From NCBI GenBank assembly GCA_964553455.1, contig CAZKLA010000002.1, positions 1-57,119 on the forward strand: a stretch of 57,119 nt of DNA. Direction: 5' to 3'. Positions 22,801 to 32,148 of the stretch are shown here, in pieces (the stretch's first letter is position 1; the number at the start of each line of letters is the position of its first letter). The DNA is from an uncultured Aquiluna sp. (GTDB lineage Bacteria > Actinomycetota > Actinomycetes > Actinomycetales > Microbacteriaceae). Both the position numbers and the translations under genes were made by a program. The notes beneath the pieces are model-generated. The model had not been told where the DNA came from, did not search any database, and saw nothing but the letters and a program-made list of their open reading frames with translations.

Positions 22801-24750
22801 AGACATTTCGGCACAAGAATGAGAATCATTGGAAAGATTGAGTCTGGAACCAATAAGAGTCAAGCACCATTAGGAGCATTTGATCTATATCCAGCAAGCG
22901 AACTTATTTCAGATGATCCAGCAAAACAGATATCTATTTCGGGAGGATCTGGAGGACTAGCGTTTGGATTAAACAAAGATACCAACATTGGCTACTACTT
23001 TGAAATTGCCGCATTAACACAAAATACAGTTTCTGCGTATAAAAATAATTCAAATCAAGTAAAATATAACATTGACACAACAATACAGACACAATCAGAA
23101 AATGATCTTGTTACCATTACTCTAAAAGAGCAACACGACTTTACTGAGGGAACGCGAGTCTTGGTATCTGGACTAAGCACAACAGGAGTTAATAGATTTA
23201 ATGGCGAATTTGTTGTCACTGCTATATCTCAAGATAGAAAGCAATTTCAGTATCAGTTGCTAGCGCCAACGGTAACGTCTATCTCCGTCACTGGAGCGGT
23301 AGGGGACGGCTCAAAGATTGTCTATACGGCAGAAGGACACAGATTCTCTGCTGGTCAAGTTGTCAACATTACAGGAATGTCAAATTCATCTTTCAACATA
23401 AACAATGCAGTAATAACCGCTGTATCAAATCCAACAGGTACAGGAAACGACACCTTTACAATTGCTGCAAGCGTAACAGGAACGCTATCGGCAGAAACAG
23501 GAACTGCAACGTATGTTCCATTTAATGCCACAACAACAAGCGGTGGAAATGTTGTTCAGGTTCTTGACTCAGATACTTTAATATCAGATGTTTTCTTTTA
23601 CAAGATAGTTTCTGATGAAGAGGGAAATGCAATTCCACAAATACTTTGGAGAGGCTTTACAGAAATCATTGTTGATGACGGAAAGTTTACAACTCAGTCT
23701 AGACTTACAACATCAGAAAAAACAACGGTATATGATTTATCAGCAGAGTTTCTTGATGTTGGAACTAGCAGGGATTTTTACTTATACATTAATAATAAGC
23801 AAGTTGCAACTGTAACAGATCCATCACCGTTGCCACAATACAACAATCTCGCACTATTTGTTAGAGGATCTTCTAGAGTCATGTTTGAAAATGTATATGC
23901 CTTGTCAGATAACCTTGGACAAAACAATGTAAGATCCCTTCAGGTTCCAATTTCAAAGATTTTTGGAGATGAACTTATTACAGAATCTGAAGCAATTAAT
24001 AAATACGCTATCAGTGGAATGGTGCAAAACACATATCTTTCAGGAATTAGTTCAGAATCAGAACCAGCATACAACTTGTATTATGAAGAATTCGGAACCA
24101 TTATGAGAGAAGCCGCATACTTTAATATTAAGTATGATCGTGCCTACCCAGCGCTTTATGCAAAACTTGCAGAAACAATTAACAGGGTTCGCGGATACAC
24201 TTCATCAGGATTCTTGGCTGGGTCATATGGAGCAGAGTTCTTAATCTTTAATGCAATTGACAAAAACCTAAACCTAGATGACACATCTGGAAACTACCTT
24301 AGAATTCTTGGCATAGCATTTACACAGAACACAACTAGATCTTTAAAGGTTGATGACTTTTTCAAAAAGAATAGTAACTTTACAAATGCTGTATATGATG
24401 GTACGATAAATCCTCAAGAATATCAAAGAGTATACAACGATATAGAAAACAGCAGAAACAAGTACGGTAAAAATGACTTTACTATTGATGCTCAATATGT
24501 GCAAACTGATGCAGCAGCAGAATCAATGATGGATTGGATAATTAAAAGAGTTATTAAGCCAAGAAAAGCAATAGGTGTATCAACTTTTGCTACGCCACAT
24601 TTGCAATTAGGCGATATCGTTACGATAAATTATGCAAAAGACGGAATGGATATTGTCTCTCCATCAGACACAAGGTATGTTGTCTATAACATTGAAAACC
24701 AAAAGAATAACAATCAATACTCTATGACGGTTTATTTGGCGGAGGTGTAG
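19864..24750 (+). CDS. Large minor tail/hub protein
   Basis: ATG 19864 overlaps the upstream stop; AIFFDEYNNLVV and PHLQLGDIVTI hub-like motifs. Confidence 0.7.
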   Translation: MFNSNELSNHLKYSHTIKANQAVWLEINMNQSYNINKVGNYRYRPGSSDPQYGIIKPIYEEVDSGNNYTGATDSDTIINAGFDDNDNPAFYIAPKKKINLLYSLDDCFKQNRPRSGINKLLYLGVAGSPESGFSQYIDSLTTRGQSEDPSYLATVNIARRPRYYMASRYDDFKYWTSYRTEVVDNVTNEYGVSIYENSGQYYIYDAAPFVVYNEKVPANRIVLKMQTNVGDLNNGPFRIGASVNVSDPLYGEQNKTTPKRWAVQKLNENNEWTELISFTESSVRSDGSSIIGPDGYVELEYGLSVPVEYEDTFVFVGEILSTEFLPDLAPLGYAYLYKELETDKGVLYISDGGNWQTFDAVYGWSLGGTDITRNTKVVHKLSNPDFYQDGSNTVFREFDFLNGLRIVVDTMNKPNCTFDLIEMSPRIVADITDKVVTFSITKTLADLGNNSMPTGALLASTGNIEIFDEDLSFNENNTFDDETNVGSIVSQYVNSRAKFMFYDIVKNVGGNDYYIPIKTLYSETFPQVSSVAASLSMQLRDMFFYLESKKSPELLLTNVSLSYAMTVLLDNIGFSNYVFKRTEEDEELIIPYFFVGPDQNMAETLQQLAISSQSAIFFDEYNNLVVMSKNYILPSTEARPTDLVLYGQEQPEDDGIALPNIIDISSQEKKVYNGGEINYTTRYIQRSLGSINQAPYIDEYKTYVYKPVLLWEVAGQEATKTINESAAQASGYSLAAMPLKTDLSSDVPAYVDGEIINNVIDFGENIYWLGNYAGYFYANGEIIKYDAVEYSVAGVGTVWVKNNQEYQNYFSRLKFNGKMYPTGRVRIYTNLQGTSIKEHGRAQFGTEITSHPAGLEGSTWTQDSNVRGCIQNAKEYLFNTNKNLSYPINLGIAEAGNTKSINGNIYTSQSYAIKSSRNGVIKNFMANTNITESETNYYKTARSGSVQTSALVFNGPSLPDDINPSEFVTYSYKPLDKPYRHFGTRMRIIGKIESGTNKSQAPLGAFDLYPASELISDDPAKQISISGGSGGLAFGLNKDTNIGYYFEIAALTQNTVSAYKNNSNQVKYNIDTTIQTQSENDLVTITLKEQHDFTEGTRVLVSGLSTTGVNRFNGEFVVTAISQDRKQFQYQLLAPTVTSISVTGAVGDGSKIVYTAEGHRFSAGQVVNITGMSNSSFNINNAVITAVSNPTGTGNDTFTIAASVTGTLSAETGTATYVPFNATTTSGGNVVQVLDSDTLISDVFFYKIVSDEEGNAIPQILWRGFTEIIVDDGKFTTQSRLTTSEKTTVYDLSAEFLDVGTSRDFYLYINNKQVATVTDPSPLPQYNNLALFVRGSSRVMFENVYALSDNLGQNNVRSLQVPISKIFGDELITESEAINKYAISGMVQNTYLSGISSESEPAYNLYYEEFGTIMREAAYFNIKYDRAYPALYAKLAETINRVRGYTSSGFLAGSYGAEFLIFNAIDKNLNLDDTSGNYLRILGIAFTQNTTRSLKVDDFFKKNSNFTNAVYDGTINPQEYQRVYNDIENSRNKYGKNDFTIDAQYVQTDAAAESMMDWIIKRVIKPRKAIGVSTFATPHLQLGDIVTINYAKDGMDIVSPSDTRYVVYNIENQKNNNQYSMTVYLAEV

Positions 24751-24751
24751 T

Positions 24752-25357
24752 ATGGCATGGAATTCAGGAGGGGCACCATGGGAATCCTCTGGCAATACAG
24801 AATTCGATAGGCAGGCTGGAAAAGGAGCCTTCTGGCCCTATGGCGTAGGCAATTATGGGCCACCATCAGGAGCAAGTGTGCCCCCAGCGCCTCCACCCCC
24901 ACCACCTCCACCTCCAATACCACCGTTACCAACATTTAACAGGATGACAGCGCCTGATAAAAACATCAAGCCTGCTCCAACAGACATTATTCAATTTGAT
25001 GATAACGCAATAGATATTGCGCTTATACAAGATTTGTTGTATGAAGATATTGGTGCAGTAGAGTTGGCAAACATTTCTAGGACAGACCTCATTGACGGGC
25101 AAGAAGTTTTATACTCTCCTATTCGTAATCTTTCTTCAGTTAGAAGAGAGTTTAATCCAAATAACATTATTGCAACATCATATTCTACAGACTATTTTTC
25201 TAGATTTGGAATTGATCTAGATTCAAGAGGGGTATACGAACCATATTTTGATGAAGATGGAAACCTTGTTATAGAGGTGGAAACTGTTAATGACGGAGAA
25301 GAGATACAAGTACAAATTCTCTCCAGTGGTACAATTAACATAATAGAGGAATTATGA
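24752..25357 (+). CDS. Tail-module protein with polyproline tract
   Basis: VPPAPPPPPPPPPIPPLP; embedded among tail genes. Confidence 0.7.
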   Translation: MAWNSGGAPWESSGNTEFDRQAGKGAFWPYGVGNYGPPSGASVPPAPPPPPPPPPIPPLPTFNRMTAPDKNIKPAPTDIIQFDDNAIDIALIQDLLYEDIGAVELANISRTDLIDGQEVLYSPIRNLSSVRREFNPNNIIATSYSTDYFSRFGIDLDSRGVYEPYFDEDGNLVIEVETVNDGEEIQVQILSSGTINIIEEL

Positions 25358-26751
25358 TTACCAACGACGGAAAAGAAATCATCTCAAAGTTCTTGCTGGG
25401 GCAACTACCAGAATACGCCACACACCTATCTATTGGTTGTGGTGCAAAGCCTTTGTCAACATCAGAAGCAGTTCCAAATTCTATTTATGCAAAGCAAAGA
25501 ATGGATTTTGAAATGACAAGGGTGCCCATCTCTTCAAAAGGATTTGTTGACGATTCTGTTTCATATTCAATTACACATAAGCAAATTGTTTCTAATCTAG
25601 CAACTCTGACAACATCTGTTGCACACGATATTGTTCCTGGAGAAACTGTAATAATTTCTGGAGTAGGAAGTTCTATTGATGGTCAATATAGAGTTTCTGC
25701 CATTACGTCAAATACATTCTCTTATGAGGTTATTGCTGCAAATGTAAATCCAGCAGTTGCTCTTTCTCCAAATGGAAATGCAATAGTGTCCAGAACAAAG
25801 ATTTCTTTAACGGCAGAATTGCCAACAGAAAACAGATACGATATAACTGAGGTAGCAATTTGGTCAGCAGCAAACAACAACCTTGCATCACAATACGATA
25901 GCAAAGTGTTTTTTAATTTCTCAGATGGGTGGGAAATCCATGAGACAGCCATTACTCAGCCATCGCTAAATACCAATCTAGGTTTTGATGGAAGTACGAC
26001 AACCGTTGACATTCAAGATACGACTTCTCAAGCATTTTATGCTAATACGTCTGATCCTATTTTTCAGGTATCATCTCGTAAGGCAAGAAAAGAAGGTCCA
26101 AGATATTTAAATAGAACTCTAATGCTTAGAGGAGATTTTTCAAATATTGACGACTCAGACGGTATTGATAGCAATTGGACAGCAACAGGTAAGCACGTTC
26201 ACCTTAACAACATATCCTTTGACATTTCTGGAAATAATACATCTGATTTATTAAAACTAGCATTTTCACTAATAGATAGAAATGCTTCAGGAGATGCAAC
26301 ACCAGAAAACATTAAGATCCTTATGGAATTTTACAAGAACGAAGTGTCTGATACAACATCGTTTGCAAAAGCACAGATATATGTTCCTGGATCTGCTCTA
26401 GATACCAACAGATACTTTGTTGGCGGTATGCAAATTTCTCAGGATATTGATTACAGCAACGAGTCAGCAAGTACATCATTGCCATATATTAGGTTCTATA
26501 CTTCTCCAGATTTTGCTTCAACACAAATTAGAGTTTGTAGAATATTTGCACAGGTTACAAAATCAGATCTTACAAGTTCTGACGATCACTTTATTGCGTT
26601 TGATGGATTTAGAATTGATAACACTACAGAAAATCCAGCATACAAAATGTCTGGGTATTCTGTGGTAGCAACATCTGGCGCAACTCCTATTACAAAAACA
26701 GCAAATTCAAATAACTATATTGACTTTAGATTCTCGTTGGGGATCTCGTAA
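25354..26751 (+). CDS. Minor tail/baseplate-like protein
   Basis: MITNDGKEII..L start and ITEVAIW motif typical of tail fibre/collar N-terminal domains. Confidence 0.6.
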   Translation: MITNDGKEIISKFLLGQLPEYATHLSIGCGAKPLSTSEAVPNSIYAKQRMDFEMTRVPISSKGFVDDSVSYSITHKQIVSNLATLTTSVAHDIVPGETVIISGVGSSIDGQYRVSAITSNTFSYEVIAANVNPAVALSPNGNAIVSRTKISLTAELPTENRYDITEVAIWSAANNNLASQYDSKVFFNFSDGWEIHETAITQPSLNTNLGFDGSTTTVDIQDTTSQAFYANTSDPIFQVSSRKARKEGPRYLNRTLMLRGDFSNIDDSDGIDSNWTATGKHVHLNNISFDISGNNTSDLLKLAFSLIDRNASGDATPENIKILMEFYKNEVSDTTSFAKAQIYVPGSALDTNRYFVGGMQISQDIDYSNESASTSLPYIRFYTSPDFASTQIRVCRIFAQVTKSDLTSSDDHFIAFDGFRIDNTTENPAYKMSGYSVVATSGATPITKTANSNNYIDFRFSLGIS

Positions 26752-26894
26752 TGTCAAAAAGAATAATCATAACTCCAGAAGAGTTGACCGCTTTAGGAAT
26801 CACTGGACCAGATTATCATATAAGGTTTAGATTGATTTCTGAGGATAGAAACAGAATCTCTCCTTGGACCCCCATCTTTACAATTTCTTCCTAG
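26751..26894 (+). CDS. Small 47-aa hypothetical protein (not in ORF track)
   Basis: TAATG coupling; MSKRIIITPEE...YHIRFRLISEDRNRISPWTPIFTISS. Confidence 0.6.
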   Translation: MSKRIIITPEELTALGITGPDYHIRFRLISEDRNRISPWTPIFTISS

Positions 26895-26911
26895 AATGGT
26901 ATAATTTACTC

Positions 26912-27355
26912 ATGGCAAAAATCCCACTTCCAGATAGAGGTCAGCCGCTAGACGTTACATACATCTATCAAATCGCAAATGCAATTAATGATGTATCCAA
27001 TGAAATATCTTCAGCAACTTACAATTACACAACAATCTCTACAAGAGATGCTGGAAACCAAGTTATTCAGACAAGGGCTGCAAGAATTATTGGCGGGTAT
27101 GTGGATATTGTAACCAACGAATCTGTAACTGCTGGAACAACAAAGCCGTTTTCATTCTCATACTCTTCAGACTTTAAGTATCCACCAATTGCTACAGCAA
27201 CAGTAGTTAATCGTGGTACATCAGATATCGGTGATGACGTTACAGTTGTTATTCGATCTATCACAACTTCTAGGATCGAAGGTGTTGTAAAGTTCAACTC
27301 CTCTGGTCAAGTTACAACAACAGTAAACATAACGGCTATTGGCATCCCTACATGA
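26912..27355 (+). CDS. Small virion protein, H-type-lectin-like beta domain (putative)
   Basis: ATG 26912 is 6 nt after TGGTATAAT; FSYSSDFKYPPIATAT...ITAIG pattern. Confidence 0.6.
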   Translation: MAKIPLPDRGQPLDVTYIYQIANAINDVSNEISSATYNYTTISTRDAGNQVIQTRAARIIGGYVDIVTNESVTAGTTKPFSFSYSSDFKYPPIATATVVNRGTSDIGDDVTVVIRSITTSRIEGVVKFNSSGQVTTTVNITAIGIPT

Positions 27356-27370
27356 TATAATTTTTGCACT

Positions 27371-27562
27371 ATGATTCGGTGTGAAAGATGTAAGGGAAGA
27401 GTTTTTATAGATAGTGCATATACGGCACATAACCATGTTGAAACCTTTTGCATAAGGTGTGGTTGCAGAAAATTCTATCATGGAGAAGACATAAAGTACG
27501 GTGAGGGATTAAGATTATGGCTAATAGAGAAGATGAGGGCGAAAGCCTCAATTTGCCAATAG
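27371..27562 (+). CDS. Small zinc-ribbon protein
   Basis: CERC...CIRCG; TGATATAAT at 27353-27361. Confidence 0.65.
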   Translation: MIRCERCKGRVFIDSAYTAHNHVETFCIRCGCRKFYHGEDIKYGEGLRLWLIEKMRAKASICQ

Positions 27563-28053
27563 TTCAGCGCCCCAGAAGACGGACTTGGTTCTTAGATGAA
27601 GATTTGGTTAGGATTACTCACGTTAGCCGTGCTCAAGGACTTGTAACCCTGTATAATTGCACCAAAGATTGCAATATGTCAATTACAATGGTTGAGTTTA
27701 AAAGAAAAAGACGTAGAGCGTATACAGTTTCAGAAACTGCACAACTGCTCAATTATCACAAGAAAAGCATACCAAGGCTAATCAAGGCTGGACTTTTGCC
27801 AGAGCCTATGGGAGAATTACCAAATGGTGAAAGAGCATTTCACCATCTATCCTATTATTCTGAAGATCAGATTTGGGAGGCAAGGAATCTTATGGCTCAA
27901 ACCCACATGGGAAGAGCAAGAAAAGATGGTCTTGTCACTAACAATAAAACACCAACTGAACAAGAACTAAGATACGCAATGGGCGACGGACTTATCTACT
28001 ATGTAAAAGATGAGAATGGAAAATTTATCCCCATCTTCTCTGAAACAATGTAA
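27517..28053 (+). CDS. HTH DNA-binding protein (MerR/excisionase-like)
   Basis: YTVSETAQLLNYHKKSIPRLIKAGLLP...YYSEDQI. Confidence 0.7.
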   Translation: MANREDEGESLNLPIVQRPRRRTWFLDEDLVRITHVSRAQGLVTLYNCTKDCNMSITMVEFKRKRRRAYTVSETAQLLNYHKKSIPRLIKAGLLPEPMGELPNGERAFHHLSYYSEDQIWEARNLMAQTHMGRARKDGLVTNNKTPTEQELRYAMGDGLIYYVKDENGKFIPIFSETM

Positions 28054-28056
28054 TGC

Positions 28057-28085
28057 TTGACATATGTTTCGTCCTGCTATATCAT
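28057..28085 (+). promoter_or_regulatory. Sigma70/SigA-type promoter for replication genes
   Basis: TTGACA-N17-TATCAT. Confidence 0.65.
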
Positions 28086-28113
28086 TGTGATGACCTACAC
28101 AGAAAGGACTGGC

Positions 28114-28311
28114 ATGGAGCCAACTAAGGTACAGTGGTCTTTGGGCTACACACTTAACACAGGTAATTTTCAATCATTGCGCCTAGACTGTCAAGTAACA
28201 GACTATGTGCGTGATAATGAGACAACCAAGGAGGCATCTGATAGGGTGTACGCCTTTGTAGAGCAAGAACTTATTAACAAGTTGAACGAGGCTAAGGAGG
28301 AACTAGCATGA
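28114..28311 (+). CDS. Hypothetical protein
   Basis: RBS GAAAGGA before ATG 28114; in frame with ORF 28057. Confidence 0.7.
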   Translation: MEPTKVQWSLGYTLNTGNFQSLRLDCQVTDYVRDNETTKEASDRVYAFVEQELINKLNEAKEELA

Positions 28312-28520
28312 AGGCATATGTAGCAACAGGAGAGTATGCACAGATGGTTTGTGCGTATGACAAGAATCCTGCAAAGGCGCTCAAGGCAATTGCTAAGAAA
28401 GTAGAGAAGATGACTCATGGAGATGAGTGGGCAATGCTTTCAGGAGTCAATGTCGGCTATGATGATGAGGGCTTTTATAATATCACCGCTACTGTTTCTA
28501 CAACCAAGCACATCGTATAA
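28308..28520 (+). CDS. Hypothetical protein
   Basis: RBS AAGGAGG; coupled to neighbours. Confidence 0.7.
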   Translation: MKAYVATGEYAQMVCAYDKNPAKALKAIAKKVEKMTHGDEWAMLSGVNVGYDDEGFYNITATVSTTKHIV

Positions 28521-28837
28521 TGGCAGAGCGCAAGAATAGGTTCGCACTCATCTCAAAGTTTGAGCAGATGTGTAGAATCAATGGTTATCAGAAGCCTACG
28601 CTCAACAAACATAGGGAACAATGGGCTGCTGACGATTTACTTGAATCTTGGGATGATCCAGAACTTTACTCAGCAATGGAATATTACTTTCAAGTCAACA
28701 GTTCTCCATCATGGAAGGGCTTTTGCAATAATGTAGATCGACTGCTACAATCTATGCAGGCGAAGAAAGACGACGAGGCATTTCGTGCAGAAATGCGTAT
28801 TAAAGCAAAGGAATGGTTGAGTGAATCTAGAGGCTAA
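28520..28837 (+). CDS. Hypothetical replication-associated protein
   Basis: Overlaps the start of the helicase gene. Confidence 0.6.
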   Translation: MAERKNRFALISKFEQMCRINGYQKPTLNKHREQWAADDLLESWDDPELYSAMEYYFQVNSSPSWKGFCNNVDRLLQSMQAKKDDEAFRAEMRIKAKEWLSESRG

Positions 28838-30032
28838 GACACTATCTGCCGCACTAAATGACAAGCAGGTTCACGTTCTGCTACAGGCAAACGTAGATAC
28901 CCTGCTTAGAACACACAACGATGTGTGGGGCTTTATGCGAGACTACTATGAGCAGAATCAAACTGTTCCACCAGCACAGATTGTTAAGGATAGGTTTGTA
29001 GACTTTGACTACACAGAAGAAACTGGTAGCACAAAGCACCACCTTGATGAACTAAGGACGGAATTTCTCAATGACAATATTAAGGTTATGCTGCGTGCTG
29101 CTGCCTCTGAAGTTCAAGAGGGCAAGGCTACAGATGCGCTCAACTCTCTTATCGCTGAGACTACCACGCTTAAGCGCATTACATCAACGGTACGAGATCT
29201 TGACGTATCAGACTTGGATGATGCGGTCGCGTATTTTGAGCAAGTTAAGAGGTTAAAAGAAAGTGGATCGCATGGAATCTACACAGGTCTTGCAGGATTT
29301 GACAACTATATGCCAGCGGGAATCACGGCTGGGCAGTTGGGGGTACTTCTGGCTTACCCTGCTATTGGGAAGTCTTGGATGGCTCTTTATCTCGCTGTTC
29401 AGGCTTGGAAGAATGGGAAGTCTCCGCTTATCGTTTCGCTTGAAATGACTGAAGCAGAGGTTCGCAATAGAATCTTCACCATTCTTGGTCAAGGAATGTG
29501 GAGTCATCGCAAACTTTCAAGTGGTGACGTAGAAATCGACATGCTTAAGAAGTGGCATCAAAAGACATTCGACGGAAAGCCGTCTATTCACATTATTTCA
29601 AACGAGGGCGTTGGTGAGGTGTCTCCATCAGTTCTCCGTGGCAAGATCGATCAATATAAGCCAGACATTGTTTTTGTTGACTACCTTAATCTCATGACAA
29701 GCAATCAGCGTACAGACAATGAGGTTGTCAAGATGAAAAACCTTAGTCGTGAACTAAAGTTGCTTGCAATCTCTGAGGAACTGCCAATTGTTGCTATTTC
29801 TTCTGCTACACCAGATGATGTAACAGACATGAATAGCGTACCCACACTTGGTCAGACTTCATGGTCACGACAGATCGCCTACGATGCTGACTGGCTACTC
29901 GCGCTTGGTCGTGCTGCTAATAGCGATGTTCTTGAAGCGGTATTTAGAAAGAACCGTAATGGATTTTTGGGAGAATTCGTTGTGCAAGTAGACTTTGATA
30001 GTGGAAGATTTGTTTACAAGGACTTTGAGTAA
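28821..30032 (+). CDS. dnaB: DnaB-like replicative helicase
   Basis: Walker A AYPAIGKS, SLEM, VFVDYLNLM, SRELKLLA, IAYDAD, KNRNG. Confidence 0.93.
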   Translation: MNLEAKTLSAALNDKQVHVLLQANVDTLLRTHNDVWGFMRDYYEQNQTVPPAQIVKDRFVDFDYTEETGSTKHHLDELRTEFLNDNIKVMLRAAASEVQEGKATDALNSLIAETTTLKRITSTVRDLDVSDLDDAVAYFEQVKRLKESGSHGIYTGLAGFDNYMPAGITAGQLGVLLAYPAIGKSWMALYLAVQAWKNGKSPLIVSLEMTEAEVRNRIFTILGQGMWSHRKLSSGDVEIDMLKKWHQKTFDGKPSIHIISNEGVGEVSPSVLRGKIDQYKPDIVFVDYLNLMTSNQRTDNEVVKMKNLSRELKLLAISEELPIVAISSATPDDVTDMNSVPTLGQTSWSRQIAYDADWLLALGRAANSDVLEAVFRKNRNGFLGEFVVQVDFDSGRFVYKDFE

Positions 30033-30049
30033 GGTGCTATAATATAATC

Positions 30050-30331
30050 ATGGCCGTTACTCATAACATTATAGAACTCAACGATGCTTCTGCTGTTCCA
30101 GTTTCTGTTATTGGAAATCACGCAGGAAGAGATATTACAATTCAAAATCTTTCAAATAGCGCTAATGTTTATATTGGTGGCGAAGGCGTTACTACAGAAA
30201 ACTTTGGATATAAGATAGCACCAAATAGCGCTTGGTCTGTGGAACTACGCAGAGAAGATGTTATTTATGCTGTATCTTCCTCAACAACAAATGTAGCAGT
30301 AATACAACTTGGGTTGGAGTCTTCTGACTAA
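30050..30331 (+). CDS. Small beta-sandwich protein
   Basis: ITIQNLS..NVYIGG.GVT..GY motif; ATG 6 nt after TGCTATAAT. Confidence 0.65.
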   Translation: MAVTHNIIELNDASAVPVSVIGNHAGRDITIQNLSNSANVYIGGEGVTTENFGYKIAPNSAWSVELRREDVIYAVSSSTTNVAVIQLGLESSD

Positions 30332-32148
30332 TGGCTAGATTTTATGATGCATCAGGCTCATCAGGTTTACAGATAACCCCACTTCCAGAATTTTTGACTT
30401 TTGCTGAGGGACGCGCACATCTTCCTATATTGAATCAAAACTTTGGTTGGGATCTTAACGGTGTATGGTTTGGTCCTACTCCCAATCCAGAGGAGGAGGG
30501 GCAATCTTATCCAATATTTACAAACTTCACGATTTCACAGAACACACCAAGCACCACCTCTTTTGATATTGATATTGATGATGAGTGTTCCGATGCTGGA
30601 GTTGCAATTTATGTAAATGGAGCAACCCCACAGTGGTCTTTTAATACTAATGGAACCAGAATTGCTGCTCAGTTTAATTGCCCTAATGGAGAGATACAAG
30701 GGCAAGAAGGCCTTGTTAATGCTCCCGTAGCAGTTCCAGGTCCAGGTGTTTATACCGCAACACTTTCATACAACCCTCTTGCAGAAGAGGAAAAGGTTGT
30801 ATTTTCTTTGCATATTGCAGGGGGCGACCCAGAAGACCCACTTTTTAGTATATCCTTAAATGAGGTTCTTCCAGAAGGAGACTACCGAATTGGTTTTGCA
30901 GCAGATATGGATGGCGGCGAGGGATCTGTTGATAATAGAACTTATATTAGAAATCTAAGCATCTTGGTTGGTCAAGATCTTTTTCAAGATACTTTAACAA
31001 ATGGATATTCTGGAGCACCCGCAGCAGACATTGCAAACTTTGTATTTACGCAAGGCAACATCGCAACTGAAGGTGGCTCTTCAATTACCATTGAGGCTGC
31101 AAACTCTTCTGTAAATATTTATGCTGATGAAGACGTAACTCTAAGAACAACAGATGACGATATTCGCATATGGGCAGCAGATGATATTAGATTTATTTCT
31201 GATTACGGAAATGACGATCACTCTTGGAGATTTAATAGCGAAGGACGATTTGAACTTCCAGGTAACGGATATATATCAAATCCTATAAACTCTTCTGGAG
31301 ATCCATCAACTCCGTCATCTGACACTATTCATATTGTTCCAGATGAAGCCCTTGGTTATGATCGTTATATAATTATTGATCCTACATTTCCAAATCATAT
31401 TCATATTCGTCCTGGTGGAGAAATTGATAATTCCTTAGCAGAATTGTTCCTAGGAGGCGAAAGAACTCATGTCGTTACAGACGATGGTAGTCATGAAGTT
31501 CGCGTACAAACTGGGGCAACCATAAATTACAACTCATACTTAAATATAAATGGTGAGAGCAATTCTAATTTTGTTGCAGAATCTGGACCAGTAGTTGTTG
31601 AAGTAGGATACAAGGTAAATGTAGATGGCATTGATTACATAGTTGATTCCGTAGTTCCTGATGCTCCCGCACCTGGAAATGTTATGATATCGGCTTCAGG
31701 GGCCACATTTAATTTTGGTCAGTCTTACACTTTTGTAGGAGACAATGGAACTAATAATAACTGGTCTTTTTCTTCTGATGGAACGCTTTACGGTCCAGAA
31801 GATGGTGGAAGTCTTGTCGTGGCTGGAATTGAATCATCACCAACCGTAGAAAACTTTCAGATTTCTTCTGATGGAAGTATGACCATTATTTCTGATGACG
31901 ATTTGAGGATTGAGTCTGTTAGCGGAGATATTAATCTATACATGGATGGCTCTATTTACATCGGGCCTTCAGTCTCAGGCAATAGACTAGCAATTCAGTC
32001 AGACCTAGACAATAAGGTAAGAAAGGCTCCAATTCCAGAAACCTCTAGCGATACGGGTGACGTTGGGCAGATTTCTTGGGACACAGACCACCTCTATGTC
32101 TGTGTAGCCCAAAATACTTGGAAGCGCACTACGCTACACAACTGGTAA
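30331..32148 (+). CDS. Acidic virion fibre/decoration-like protein
   Basis: 605 aa, very Lys-poor, repeated W.F.S(E/D)G motifs, C-terminal GDVGQISWDTDHLYVCVAQNTWKR fibre-type motif. Confidence 0.55.
   Translation: MARFYDASGSSGLQITPLPEFLTFAEGRAHLPILNQNFGWDLNGVWFGPTPNPEEEGQSYPIFTNFTISQNTPSTTSFDIDIDDECSDAGVAIYVNGATPQWSFNTNGTRIAAQFNCPNGEIQGQEGLVNAPVAVPGPGVYTATLSYNPLAEEEKVVFSLHIAGGDPEDPLFSISLNEVLPEGDYRIGFAADMDGGEGSVDNRTYIRNLSILVGQDLFQDTLTNGYSGAPAADIANFVFTQGNIATEGGSSITIEAANSSVNIYADEDVTLRTTDDDIRIWAADDIRFISDYGNDDHSWRFNSEGRFELPGNGYISNPINSSGDPSTPSSDTIHIVPDEALGYDRYIIIDPTFPNHIHIRPGGEIDNSLAELFLGGERTHVVTDDGSHEVRVQTGATINYNSYLNINGESNSNFVAESGPVVVEVGYKVNVDGIDYIVDSVVPDAPAPGNVMISASGATFNFGQSYTFVGDNGTNNNWSFSSDGTLYGPEDGGSLVVAGIESSPTVENFQISSDGSMTIISDDDLRIESVSGDINLYMDGSIYIGPSVSGNRLAIQSDLDNKVRKAPIPETSSDTGDVGQISWDTDHLYVCVAQNTWKRTTLHNW

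Noticed and set aside
19864-32148. Diversity-generating retroelement or invertible tail-fibre switch
   Set aside because: No reverse transcriptase, invertase or template/variable repeat pair noticed
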